This document shows positions 40,088 to 50,596 of a stretch of DNA of 64,000 nucleotides, piece after piece; the stretch's first letter is position 1; every line of letters starts with the position of its first letter. Where the stretch lies: the NCBI RefSeq assembly GCF_001194135.2, contig NC_068983.1, forward strand, positions 153,466,818 through 153,530,817, read 5' to 3'. The translations under genes were made by a program, and so were the position numbers. The DNA comes from Octopus bimaculoides. Lineage: Eukaryota. The notes beneath the pieces were generated by a model that was not told where the DNA came from, searched no databases, and saw nothing but the letters and a program-made list of their open reading frames with translations.

Positions 40088-40148
40088 CATTGTTTACATT
40101 GCTTGCATTTGAAGGATATTTGTTTCTGAGTTCGATTCCAGGCAGTGA

Positions 40149-40214
<66 letters not shown>

Positions 40215-40423
40215 TGATGATAATAATAATAACATCGAAAATACCTTAAGAATGAGAACCCAGGTTCGAAATTTCCCCAAGACACCTGATGAAGGCTGGA
40301 GGGTATATCAGCCGAAACGTTATGTTAGCAACAACCATGATAAGGACAAATATCCGTCAAATGTAAATAATGTAATTAGTATGAATAATGTACATAATTC
40401 CTCATCTCTTAAGTATAGAACTG
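40088..40423 (+). mobile_element. Short non-coding hammerhead-bearing retroelement (Penelope terminal-repeat or retrozyme-like)
   Basis: 11 bp TSD AAGAAATTGTA at 40077-87 and 40424-34; 40084-40123 is an inverted copy of 40346-40394; internal (AAT)n; hammerhead core at 40286-40321. Confidence 0.75.
40281..40326 (+). ncRNA. Minimal type I hammerhead ribozyme motif (Penelope type)
   Basis: CUGAUGA (40286-92), A, stem II GGCUG/CAGCC (40294-98/40309-13), GAAA (40314-17), palindromic AACGUU in place of stem III. Stem I GACAC/AUGUU gives 4 of 5 pairs. Confidence 0.6.
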
Positions 40424-40884
40424 AAGAAATTGTAGCCCCAGTTTCTGGCCTCATAATTCATCCGACTGTAATCGCATGGATTACTCATGGAGTACTATTT
40501 GAAGGGTGCGGTCGAGAAAGACACCAACCACACTGTCTGCAGCACAAAGGCCGAAATGTTGGTCCAGGAAAGGTATGATCGATACCTTTGTGTACCCGTT
40601 TCATTAGACCGCGAAGACACAGCAGATACTGGACAAGACAGCCTGCCGACAGTCAAACTATGATCCACCACCCTGACTTTCGACTGTTTTATTCCTTATC
40701 GACCCTGAAGGGACAATGGACAAGGTCTAACAAACGTTTTTTTATGAATTTGTCAAATCGTCGCAAACAGATGCATCTATTTATTTATTATTCATCCATT
40801 TATTTATCAATCTATTTAATTATCTATCCATCTACCTACCGATCTACTTGCCTACCTATCTACCTACGTACATATACATACACG

Positions 40885-40918
<34 letters not shown>

Positions 40919-43765
40919 CACACACACATACACACACAAACACACACGCGCGCGCACACACACGCACACACACGCACACACACAGAGAACACATGCATAC
41001 TAGTAATTATGCAACGTATGTAACGGGTGTTGGGGCTAAATGTGACAATTTACAAACATCTGAAAAGAAAATATCCCATCCAAAAATAAGTTTATTTTTA
41101 AAAGGTTGGAAAATATGAAATAAATANNNNNNNNNNNNNNNNNNNNNNNNNNNNNNNNNNNNNNNNNNNNNNNNNNNNNNNNNNNNNNNNNNNNNNNNNN
41201 NNNNNNNNNNNNNNNNNNNNNNNNNNNNNNNNNNNNNNNNNNNNNNNNNNNNNNNNNNNNNNNNNNNNNNNNNNNNNNNNNNNNNNNNNNNNNNNNNNNN
41301 NNNNNNNNNNNNNNNNNNNNNNNNNNNNNNNNNNNNNNNNNNNNNNNNNNNNNNNNNNNNNNNNNNNNNNNNNNNNNNNNNNNNNNNNNNNNNNNNNNNN
41401 NNNNNNNNNNNNNNNNNNNNNNNNNNNNNNNNNNNNNNNNNNNNNNNNNNNNNNNNNNNNNNNNNNNNNNNNNNNNNNNNNNNNNNNNNNNNNNNNNNNN
41501 NNNNNNNNNNNNNNNNNNNNNNNNNNNNNNNNNNNNNNNNNNNNNNNNNNNNNNNNNNNNNNNNNNNNNNNNNNNNNNNNNNNNNNNNNNNNNNNNNNNN
41601 GTTAATTTTCTTTTAGATTGACAAACCATGAGAGTTGTGTGAAGAAAATATAGAGTGCGGTGAAGATTATTCATTGCTTTATAGAATTTGACGTTATTTG
41701 AAAGCTGGTCTCGTGACAATCAGCACAAACATGGGTAAATGACATACATATTCACTGAGTGAATGATTTAATATATTTTAATATCAAATGTTCAAGATAT
41801 TAGGCGGGCTGATTAACGAAAGATCTCAATAGTGTAACTAAAACTCTTCCTAGACCACAATGAGACTGATCAAAAGATATTCTAAGCGCTACTACCTAAG
41901 CCTATGAATTCAAAATTGACTATAATGCTATAATGCAGGAATATGCGAAAAAAGTGTATCCATTTGTTGCTAGTATGTTTCTTCGACACAAATCACTAAT
42001 CTTAACAATCCTGTTTCTTACTTCTTCGTTGCATGTATATTGAGGGCACATGTATGCGTGTGTGTATCAGTAATCTCTAGTGCGGATGCGCCACGAATAC
42101 TTGTAATGGAATGTATGCACACCATTTCCTTGATTATTGTATCAATGTGCCGACAGCGACACAGCGATCTAATGACGACTATTGTTATGGTTGCTATTTT
42201 CAGACTAAGCCTTGCTTTACTTGAGAAACTCAAAGATGAAATGTCTCCCTGGTATGACTCTATAGTCTTTATCCCTAGTTACACATTATTCAAGATACTA
42301 TTGTCCAGGCATGAGAGTGCTCTTGTTGTTACCGTTGTTCCTGATAAATATCATTATAGGTGAAAGTATTCATAAAATATGGTCGTTGAATTGGTGATTG
42401 CAGTTAGGTTTGATGTACATATATTTCTGTTGTCGATGAGTGGACTATGATTTCATGTATAATTGTAAAAATGGTTTGGCTTCATGTCACATATAAGAAT
42501 TTGAACACATTGCATATAGCAAGTCTGTGCTGCTATACACTTTTGTTTATTCCTGCCCAGTGGATATTTCGAGACATTATAAACCGGAAATAGATTTCTG
42601 AGTCGTGCTATGTACAATGGCGCACATAACACCCTTGAATCATGATTTGGAAATGTCAACGTCAAAAAATGTACAGGGAAATTGGAAATGTCTTAGATCT
42701 CATCACTCAGAGTGCACGTTCGATATTGGGAGGGACAGTATCTCTAGTAAAATATTTGTATATTGCGTTTGAATACATATATACACACACGCACACACTC
42801 ACACACACACGCATACGCACACACATACACGTACACATTCACACACATTCACACACATACTACACGCACATACACGCAACACTATAAAGCTATGCATGAA
42901 ACAAATACATTCTCACGTACACAAACCAATGCACCCAATTATNNNNNNNNNNNNNNNNNNNNNNNNNNNNNNNNNNNNNNNNNNNNNNNNNNNNNNNNNN
43001 NNNNNNNNNNNNNNNNNNNNNNNNNNNNNNNNNNNNNNNNNNNNNNNNNNNNNNNNNNNNNNNNNNNNNNNNNNNNNNNNNNNNNNNNNNNNNNNNNNNN
43101 NNNNNNNNNNNNNNNNNNNNNNNNNNNNNNNNNNNNNNNNNNNNNNNNNNNNNNNNNNNNNNNNNNNNNNNNNNNNNNNNNNNNNNNNNNNNNNNNNNNN
43201 NNNNNNNNNNNNNNNNNNNNNNNNNNNNNNNNNNNNNNNNNNNNNNNNNNNNNNNNNNNNNNNNNNNNNNNNNNNNNNNNNNNNNNNNNNNNNNNNNNNN
43301 NNNNNNNNNNNNNNNNNNNNNNNNNNNNNNNNNNNNNNNNNNNNNNNNNNNNNNNNNNNNNNNNNNNNNNNNNNNNNNNNNNNNNNNNNNNNNNNNNNNN
43401 NNNNNNNNNNNNNNNNNNNNNNNNNNNNNNNNNNNNNNNNNNNNNNNNNNNNNNNNNNNNNNNNNNNNNNNNNNNNNNNNNNNNNNNNNNNNNNNATATA
43501 TATATATATACATTGTATATATACATGTATATTTATATATGAGTGAGATATAGTGAGAAGGAGAGAAGTGTATATACATATACATAGGTACATACAAAAT
43601 ACATACATGCATGTGTACATCAGAGTAGAGAGGGGAAAACTATTAATATTTTGACCTGTAAGTTGGGGAAGTTGTTAGGAAAGTCAATGGTAAGAATGCA
43701 AATATTAAACCTACAGCATCACAAACTAGGAAATAGAATAAACTAGTTATCGAAGCAATATGGCA

Positions 43766-43800
<35 letters not shown>

Positions 43801-44059
43801 AAAGAGAGACTACGAAATAGAGAGAAAAAGAGAGATTGGGAGAGCTGAATGCAAACATCAAGCACACACAACAGCCACGCACGTGTAAAAAGACTTAAGG
43901 ATGCGCAGGGAAATCTGTTTACAAAGTTATGTAAATAAGGTTTTTCATGAACGTTTTCGATTTTCCTAACTTACCATTAAAAATAGACGTCGGTGCAACT
44001 GCTGCTTCTATCATCATAAACAATCACAACAAAATCAGCACCCCTCCACCTCTTCCTCC

Positions 44060-44172
44060 CCTTCCACCTCATACCACCACTACTACTACTGCTACTACTA
44101 CTACTACTACAACGACTACTACCATCAATACCATCACGACCACTACTGTTGCTGCTGCTACTACTACTACTA

Positions 44173-44203
<31 letters not shown>

Positions 44204-44269
44204 CACTACTACTACTACTACTACTACCACTACTACTACTACCACTACTACTGCTACTGCTATTACTAC

Positions 44270-44302
<33 letters not shown>

Positions 44303-44320
44303 CACTAACAATAATAATGA
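44060..44320. repeat. Compound (CTA/CCA)n(GAT)n(AAT)n microsatellite
   Basis: Directly visible; it adjoins the 3' end of the Tx1-like element. Confidence 0.9.
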
Positions 44321-46325
44321 TTCTTTTTCCACCACCAAATGTTGACAAAAGTATCGCTGTAGGTTCAGGACGATACAATGAGAAATCAAATAAAGAATGA
44401 ACAGTAATGGAAAATAGCGAATGGTGGTAGTACTCAAAGGACAGTCGTAGAAAGCTCCCAAAATCACGATCACCTTGACTGCTCGATTCCCCCAAATGAC
44501 TGTCACACTGACATACTAGGCTCCTTCTTTTTGTTATTCTATCTGATATCACGTGCTCAGAACCAACCCGTTTAGGTGGACCACGATCGATACTCTACTC
44601 CACCGTTGGACAAATCTGCTGAGAGACAGCACTTTCATCTCTACTAGGAATTTCCTGTTCAGTTGTATAACAAAAGAAACAACAACGGATCTATTTTAAA
44701 ACGGGGGCCACATTTTTCATTAATGTTTTACGTAGTGTTTTTGGTACCGAAAGACTTTCAAACTTCGTATACTTATCTATTTTGTGTTATAGAACAGAAA
44801 AATATTTTTGTATTCGAATTTATTTCATGTAAAAAATTGTCTTATTTCGATAATTTCAACCAATCACTGACAAGTATTCAGTTGTTTACATTTACTCCTT
44901 TGGCTGATTAAGCGATGTAAAGCGTATTTAATCTCCATACCTTCGTTTTATTTGCTTTTTTTTATTTTAAATTTGCTTTAACCCTAACCCTAACGCTAAC
45001 CCTAACCCTAGGGTTAGGGTTTAGGGTTAGGGTTAATTGTTTCAGAATCGTTTGTTTATGTAGTCGGCACTTAATGTATATCGGCTGAATGGACGTCAGT
45101 GATTGGTTGAAATTACAGAAATACGACAACTTTAACATGGAATAAATAACTTAGGGATTTCTTTTTTTTTAAAGAAGACTAAGAGAAAAAGATGTTTTAT
45201 ATGACACATTCTACCAGTGTTCCAAGTTTCAAAGTGTTTCGTTAATGAAAATTGTGGCCCCCGTTTTAAAAAAGATCCATTTCTTCTACTACAGGCACAA
45301 GGTTGCTAAACAAACGGACACTGCTTGTACTTCCTCTTCCAAAGGAAGTCGATAGGACGATATTTGGAATGGACACAGCTCATGGCTGGATCCGTCCTAC
45401 ACATGACAGCAGGTGTTCGATGTAAACCCTCTGTGCGTGCGCCTCGGACAAGCCCAGCTGACTGTACCTCCACACTTGTAAAATTTATCCCAAAACTGCA
45501 ATGCCCCAATCACCACCACCGGTACCATAGCCAAGCCAAAGATTTTTGGAAATTGAAATTATCTATGAGGACACAGCCCAAAAGTCTCCAGGACAGAGCA
45601 GTCAATTGATTCTCGTTGATTCTGATCGACAGCCAGTCTTCCCGAGAAAGCACTTGCCTGTTACTATCTTTCTATAGAAGTACAAAGTGAAACTTCCACC
45701 AACCACGTCACCCGCCTGACAGAGGAGTGTGAGCGCCTTACGAAGCTCTAGGTACCAGGAACCTTGCCTCTGTCTACGCTTGATCCAGGACTGCAGATGG
45801 TCCAGAGATGAGTTGCAGAAGCGCTAGGCTGATAACTAGCGATCACACCAGTCTATCGACTACGATGCATTGAAGAGGTTGTAGCCTATGCACATGTCTT
45901 TGCATCAGCAAGCACGGCATGCCTGATCTTCTATTCAGTGGGTGTTGACAACAAACGAAGCGCCTGGTTAGTGGAACGCCTTCTTTCTACAGAAAGCGCA
46001 CGAGTGTGCGCTTTAGTTTGGTCAGTCATAAACTGAGGTAAAGCATGACTGTCAGGTGTTAATATATAACGGAAGCAATGCATGCATTCGACACCTCTAC
46101 ACAACCTTTCGTAGATAGCATTCTCTCGGCTCACAAATGCGTGCAATTGGTGACCCTGCTCGTCAACTCATTTCATTTCTTCTTTACGAGGATATCTGGA
46201 CCAAACCAGATTCCGAGCAATTTAACCGGTCCAAGACGCTATTGGACAGCATGCACATGTCTCACTACGTGCGGAGCAGACGATTTGGTTAATCATTGCT
46301 GCTGTCACCGCAACATATTCCTTTA
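44321..46325 (-). mobile_element. L1/Tx1-clade LINE, 5'-truncated degenerate ORF2 plus 3' UTR, interrupted at 44687-45278
   Basis: Minus-strand translation gives GPVKLLGIWFGPD (~46200-32; RT domain 7), FL*KEGVPLTRRFVCCQHPLN (cf. FLW.G..GGLG), NFQKSLAWLWYR..WDKFYKCG..ACPR (zf-RVT-like), and the C-terminus LNRKFLVEMKVLSLSRFVQRW at 44545-44665. Confidence 0.75.
44687..45278. mobile_element. 592 bp non-autonomous TIR element (MITE-like) with internal telomere-type repeats
   Basis: 37 bp TIRs at 44687-44723 and 45242-45278 differ at 2 positions. There is no ORF, and (CCCTAA)n/(TTAGGG)n lies at 44979-45035. Confidence 0.85.
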
Positions 46326-47190
46326 GAGCACAGTACCCAATCAGATCTATATGGTGCGTAGTTTACGCGATGCATAATTATAGTTACTCAGCCATGATAC
46401 ATTATTACATGCTATCTATTTTTTTTTCATCGAAGTGCTGAAAATGTGGTTTCCAAACATTAGCATATAAGAAAACAGTAAGAAACTGCACTCATTCATT
46501 CAGCGAGAATAGCAGAAATCTCGTAATAGAGCAGAGAATATAGTTCTCGGTCATCAGTGTTATACGACAATGGGATTTAATTATTGGAATATTATTTACA
46601 ACTGCTATTGTTGCGAAAATGTTTTACATTCGATACGCCTAATAACATATTTCGAAACCTTTCAGTTTGTATTATTTAAGTATAATATCTAATTACACAT
46701 CCCGTAGACTTTTCAGTACATATAACGCATTAAAAATATGAATGAATTATACTTATATATGGCAAGTAACCAAATCCTACATTCGTTAATCTGTTTTGGT
46801 AGGTATAGGATATCTCATGATAAATATTTTCTTTCGACTAAAACGTTTTTTACAGAAACAGAAAGACATGCACATACCCATATATATATATATATTTGAG
46901 CGCTTCGCGTGTGCTTAATACCGCACGCACGTGTATTCAAACAAGTATATGAATATATATGTGTGCGTGTGTGTGTGTGTGTNNNNNNNNNNNNNNNNNN
47001 NNNNNNNNNNNNNNNNNNNNNNNNNNNNNNNNNNNNNNNNNNNNNNNNNNNNNNNNNNNNNNNNNNNNNNNNNNNNNNNNNNNNNNNNNNNNNNNNNNNN
47101 NNNNNNNNNNNNNNNNNNNNNNNNNNCATACATACATACATACATACATACGTACATAAAATACATCTCTACGTATGTATATATATGAAC

Positions 47191-47230
<40 letters not shown>

Positions 47231-48661
47231 TATGTATAACAGTGTATGTATAACATATGATCACGTACACACGCGCATGTGTGTGTATGTGTGTGTGTAC
47301 ACATACATACAGATAGGTCTGCAAATGCCAGCCTGCGCGCGCACGCTAGTGCGAATCTATGTATGCTTGAGTACATATTGTAATAATTGTTCACAAGATG
47401 TGCATTTCACACGATTTAATCGCTGCAATCTGTAATTAGAGATATTACATTCGTTTGGTTAATACCTAATGAAATAAGACACGCTACACACTATAAACGA
47501 TTTTTGCAAGACTGTTATTCAACTCCAAATATATAGTGTGTCTATACAAAATAAGTAGGTATTACAATTATGCATCTTAAAATGTGAGTGTGTGAGTGTG
47601 CACGCATGTGTGTGTGCACGCACGTGTGTGTGCACGCACGAGTGTGTGTGTGTGTAGTGTGAGTGGGTGGGTGTGCGTGTGTGTATCGTAGTATCGACCA
47701 AACCATTCTACTTTGTTCATATTGCTTGTTATAATGACTGACTTTTTTGTAGCTTTCGAATGAAAACCTTCTATTCCTATGACTAGGTGAAGAAGCCAAC
47801 ATTTCCTCTCAACTGGACTTCAGTCCGTCGTGGTGTCACCTATCTACATCTGAGTGGACCAGGACAATCACTTGGTTACGCGCCTTCATACAAACCCATG
47901 GACAAAAACACAAACACACACGCATGTATATGTGTATATTTGGTTAAATATAAATACGCACGAATATGCCTGTTTGCATAGTTAAATGTTGTAGGAATAT
48001 ATACCTATGTATATAAGTATGTTTAAGAAGAACCCCACACAGTTTGATGTATGGAAAATATGGCATCTTTACTTGCAAGGACCGTAGTGAAAATGTCCTT
48101 CAGAAGGAGGACTTAAACTACTAATGAAGGTTCACCTAAAGTATTACTGTAGCAGCTGGTGCAAGAAGCGCCCGGAGTTGCCACATCTATATGATATTTA
48201 TTTTGATGAATGCATTGGTATGAATGAACAAAACCTAACAGTTATTTTAGTGCTCTTAAAGAATGAACATTTATCTCTCTACCGATATCTGAAATGCATA
48301 AAGTGATGAAGCAAATGATTAAATACGAAACGTACAGGCATTCGATTCAATATTTAAAAGCTACTACAATGCTCTCTTTAATACAAGTTGACATTCACTT
48401 CTTTGTTTAAATATCTCCACTTGGAAGCCTAAGATGCTTATCCTAGACTCGCTGTCATATTATTGCAAAGAAACTATAGATTTGCTAGCTAAAACTGATG
48501 TTCATAAATTTACGGTTTGCATTGCAAATTAGTTAATCAATATATGTCTCGTGTCCGGAAAATATGGAAGAAATTATGATTATGCCAATCTGAAAAGTTT
48601 AGTATATTTTGTGATCTAAAATTTTCAGTATGTGCCGTCACGGCAAGTCATTCGCTTCTAC

Positions 48662-48945
48662 ACTTATTCTATCAGTTTGTGTTGCCGAACCGCTAAGTTA
48701 CGGTGAAGTAAACACACCAATATCGGTTGTCAAGTGACAGTGGTGGGACAAACACTAATATATACACACACACACATATATATATACGACAGGCTTCTTT
48801 CAGTTTCTGTCTACCAATTCCACTCACAAGGCTTTGGTCAGCTCGAGGCCACAGTAGAAGACACTTGCACAAAGTGACACGCTGTGGGACTGGACCCGGA
48901 ACTATGTGGTTGGGAAGCAAGCTATTTACCACACAGCCACTCCTA
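48662..48945 (-). mobile_element. SINE family B lacking its extreme 3' end
   Basis: TTCAGTTTCTGTCTACCAATTCCACTCACAAGGCTTTGG..GGTTGGGAAGCAAGC..ACCACACAGCCACTCC. Confidence 0.85.
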
Positions 48946-49159
48946 ATGAAACATACACATATATGAAATAGATAGTTAATTCTGGGACACTCTGTATATA
49001 ATTCACGCCTATGTTCATATCACAAATATGCTAAAATTTCAAAGAAATCAGAAAATTATTTATGTTGTCTATATTCGAGTTGTCTAAATATGGCAGCTAA
49101 GGAAATAAATATTCTGGTAGCTTCATCTGATACTCACATTTCAAATATATAAGAGTACA

Positions 49160-49196
<37 letters not shown>

Positions 49197-49526
49197 AGAG
49201 AGGTGGGGAGAGAGGAAGAGACACAGAGATTAGACGAGTGAGAGACTGTGGGTAAGTGTAGAGGAGGAAATAACGAGAAGAATATCGAGAAACAAATTTG
49301 TACATTCTATCGCTGCAGTGTGTCAAGTACTGTCATGTTTATAACTTGACAAAGCCATAACAATAATAAAAATTACAACACAGCAAAACAACAGCAGCAA
49401 TAATAATAATAATGATAATACATAATAATAATGATAATAATAATAATAATAATAATAATTATTATTATTATTATTATTATAACAACAGCAACAGCAACAA
49501 CAACAACAATAATAATGATAATAATA

Positions 49527-50596
49527 TTTGTTCAGTGTTTGATTCCCCCTCAGTTTGGTATTAATAAAGGCAAAGGCAAGGTAACAATCCAGAAATAATA
49601 ATAGAAAAATTAGCCATTTGCTCTACATGGATGATTTAAAGACTTTTTAGTAAGAATAAAAAAAGAGATAGATTCCTTAATACAGACTGTATGACTCTTC
49701 AGCAAAACTATAGGTATTGTATTCGGAATAGATGAATGTGCAATATTTGTCACGAGAAGGGGACAGGTACTCAACAGCGAAGGCATTCAATTACCAGATG
49801 CACAGACATTAATGCCATTGAAAGGAGGAGAGATTTATAAGTATCTAGGTGTATTAGAATCTGACAGAGTACTAACTACAGAAATGAAAACAAAATTGAG
49901 AAGGAACACATCAGAAGATTGAGAAAGCTAATGAAATCAAAGCTAAATGGTCCGAATCAAGTGAAGCCTGAAAATTCTCGGACAGTATCATTACTTAGGT
50001 ACTCAGCAGCTTTTGTATATTGGGCAAAAACTGAATAAGCAAAACTAGAGAGAAGAACGAGGTAGGAATTTAATATGGAGTACTTCACCCAACGGCAGGA
50101 GTAGCAAGATTATACCTACCTAGAATGGAAGGTTGAAGAGAGTTAATATTAGTGGAAGATTGCGTAGAGTTAACCAAAGTAGATATAGACTCCTATGTAG
50201 TTAATGATGAAGAAAGTTTAATATAATAATGAAGAAAGTTTATTAAAAGCTGCTACTGTTACAGCAAGACATAGGGAAACCAAAACACCAAAAGAACTTA
50301 AAAATCCAGAAAAAAGAACAGACGTTATCTGACTGGCAGGAGAAGGCGTCACGTAGTAGATTCGCAGAGATAGTTTCAGCAAATAGTAATAGAGAGACAG
50401 GGTCATGGCTGCAGAATAGAAAGCTGAAGAGGGAGACGGAAAGATCAAACATTAAGGACTAATTGGATAAAAGCCGAAATAGACAAAAAAACAGTAGATT
50501 CCTAATGTAAATTATGCAAATCAAAAGATAAAAGCGTTATCCATACAGTAAGTGAATGTAGTATGCTGGTACAGAAAGAATACGAGACATGACAAT
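49527..50596 (+). mobile_element. R4/Dong-clade non-LTR retrotransposon remnant (RT, thumb, CCHC finger)
   Basis: ISHLLYMDDLK (49609-41), YKYLGVLE (49836-59), RLYLPR (50107-24) and CKLCKSKDKSVIHTVSEC (50506-59; C-X2-C-X8-H-X4-C). Stops and frameshifts throughout; the 5' end abuts (TAA)n. Confidence 0.9.

Larger units (their letters stand above)
39900..40560 (+). mobile_element. Tc1/mariner-superfamily transposase remnant (maT/DD37D-like), split by an insertion at 40088-40423
   Basis: Translation gives FEQGFRLNSD (39917), PYKWQQD*TSCHTSGKSQKWLS (WQQD at 40020-31) and, after the insertion, FWPHNSSDCNRMDY (40443-84) and GAVEKDTNHT. The subfamily call is inference. Confidence 0.75.

Noticed and set aside
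44979-45035. Ancestral chromosome end-to-end fusion site
   Set aside because: The array is only ~57 bp and lies between matched TIRs inside a LINE, so carriage by a transposon is the simpler explanation.
45850-46200. Several stops at probable Trp codons in the Tx1 remnant as a sign of directed hypermutation
   Set aside because: TGG is one step from TGA and TAG, so this pattern is expected under neutral decay. The Trp assignments also rest on a recalled consensus.
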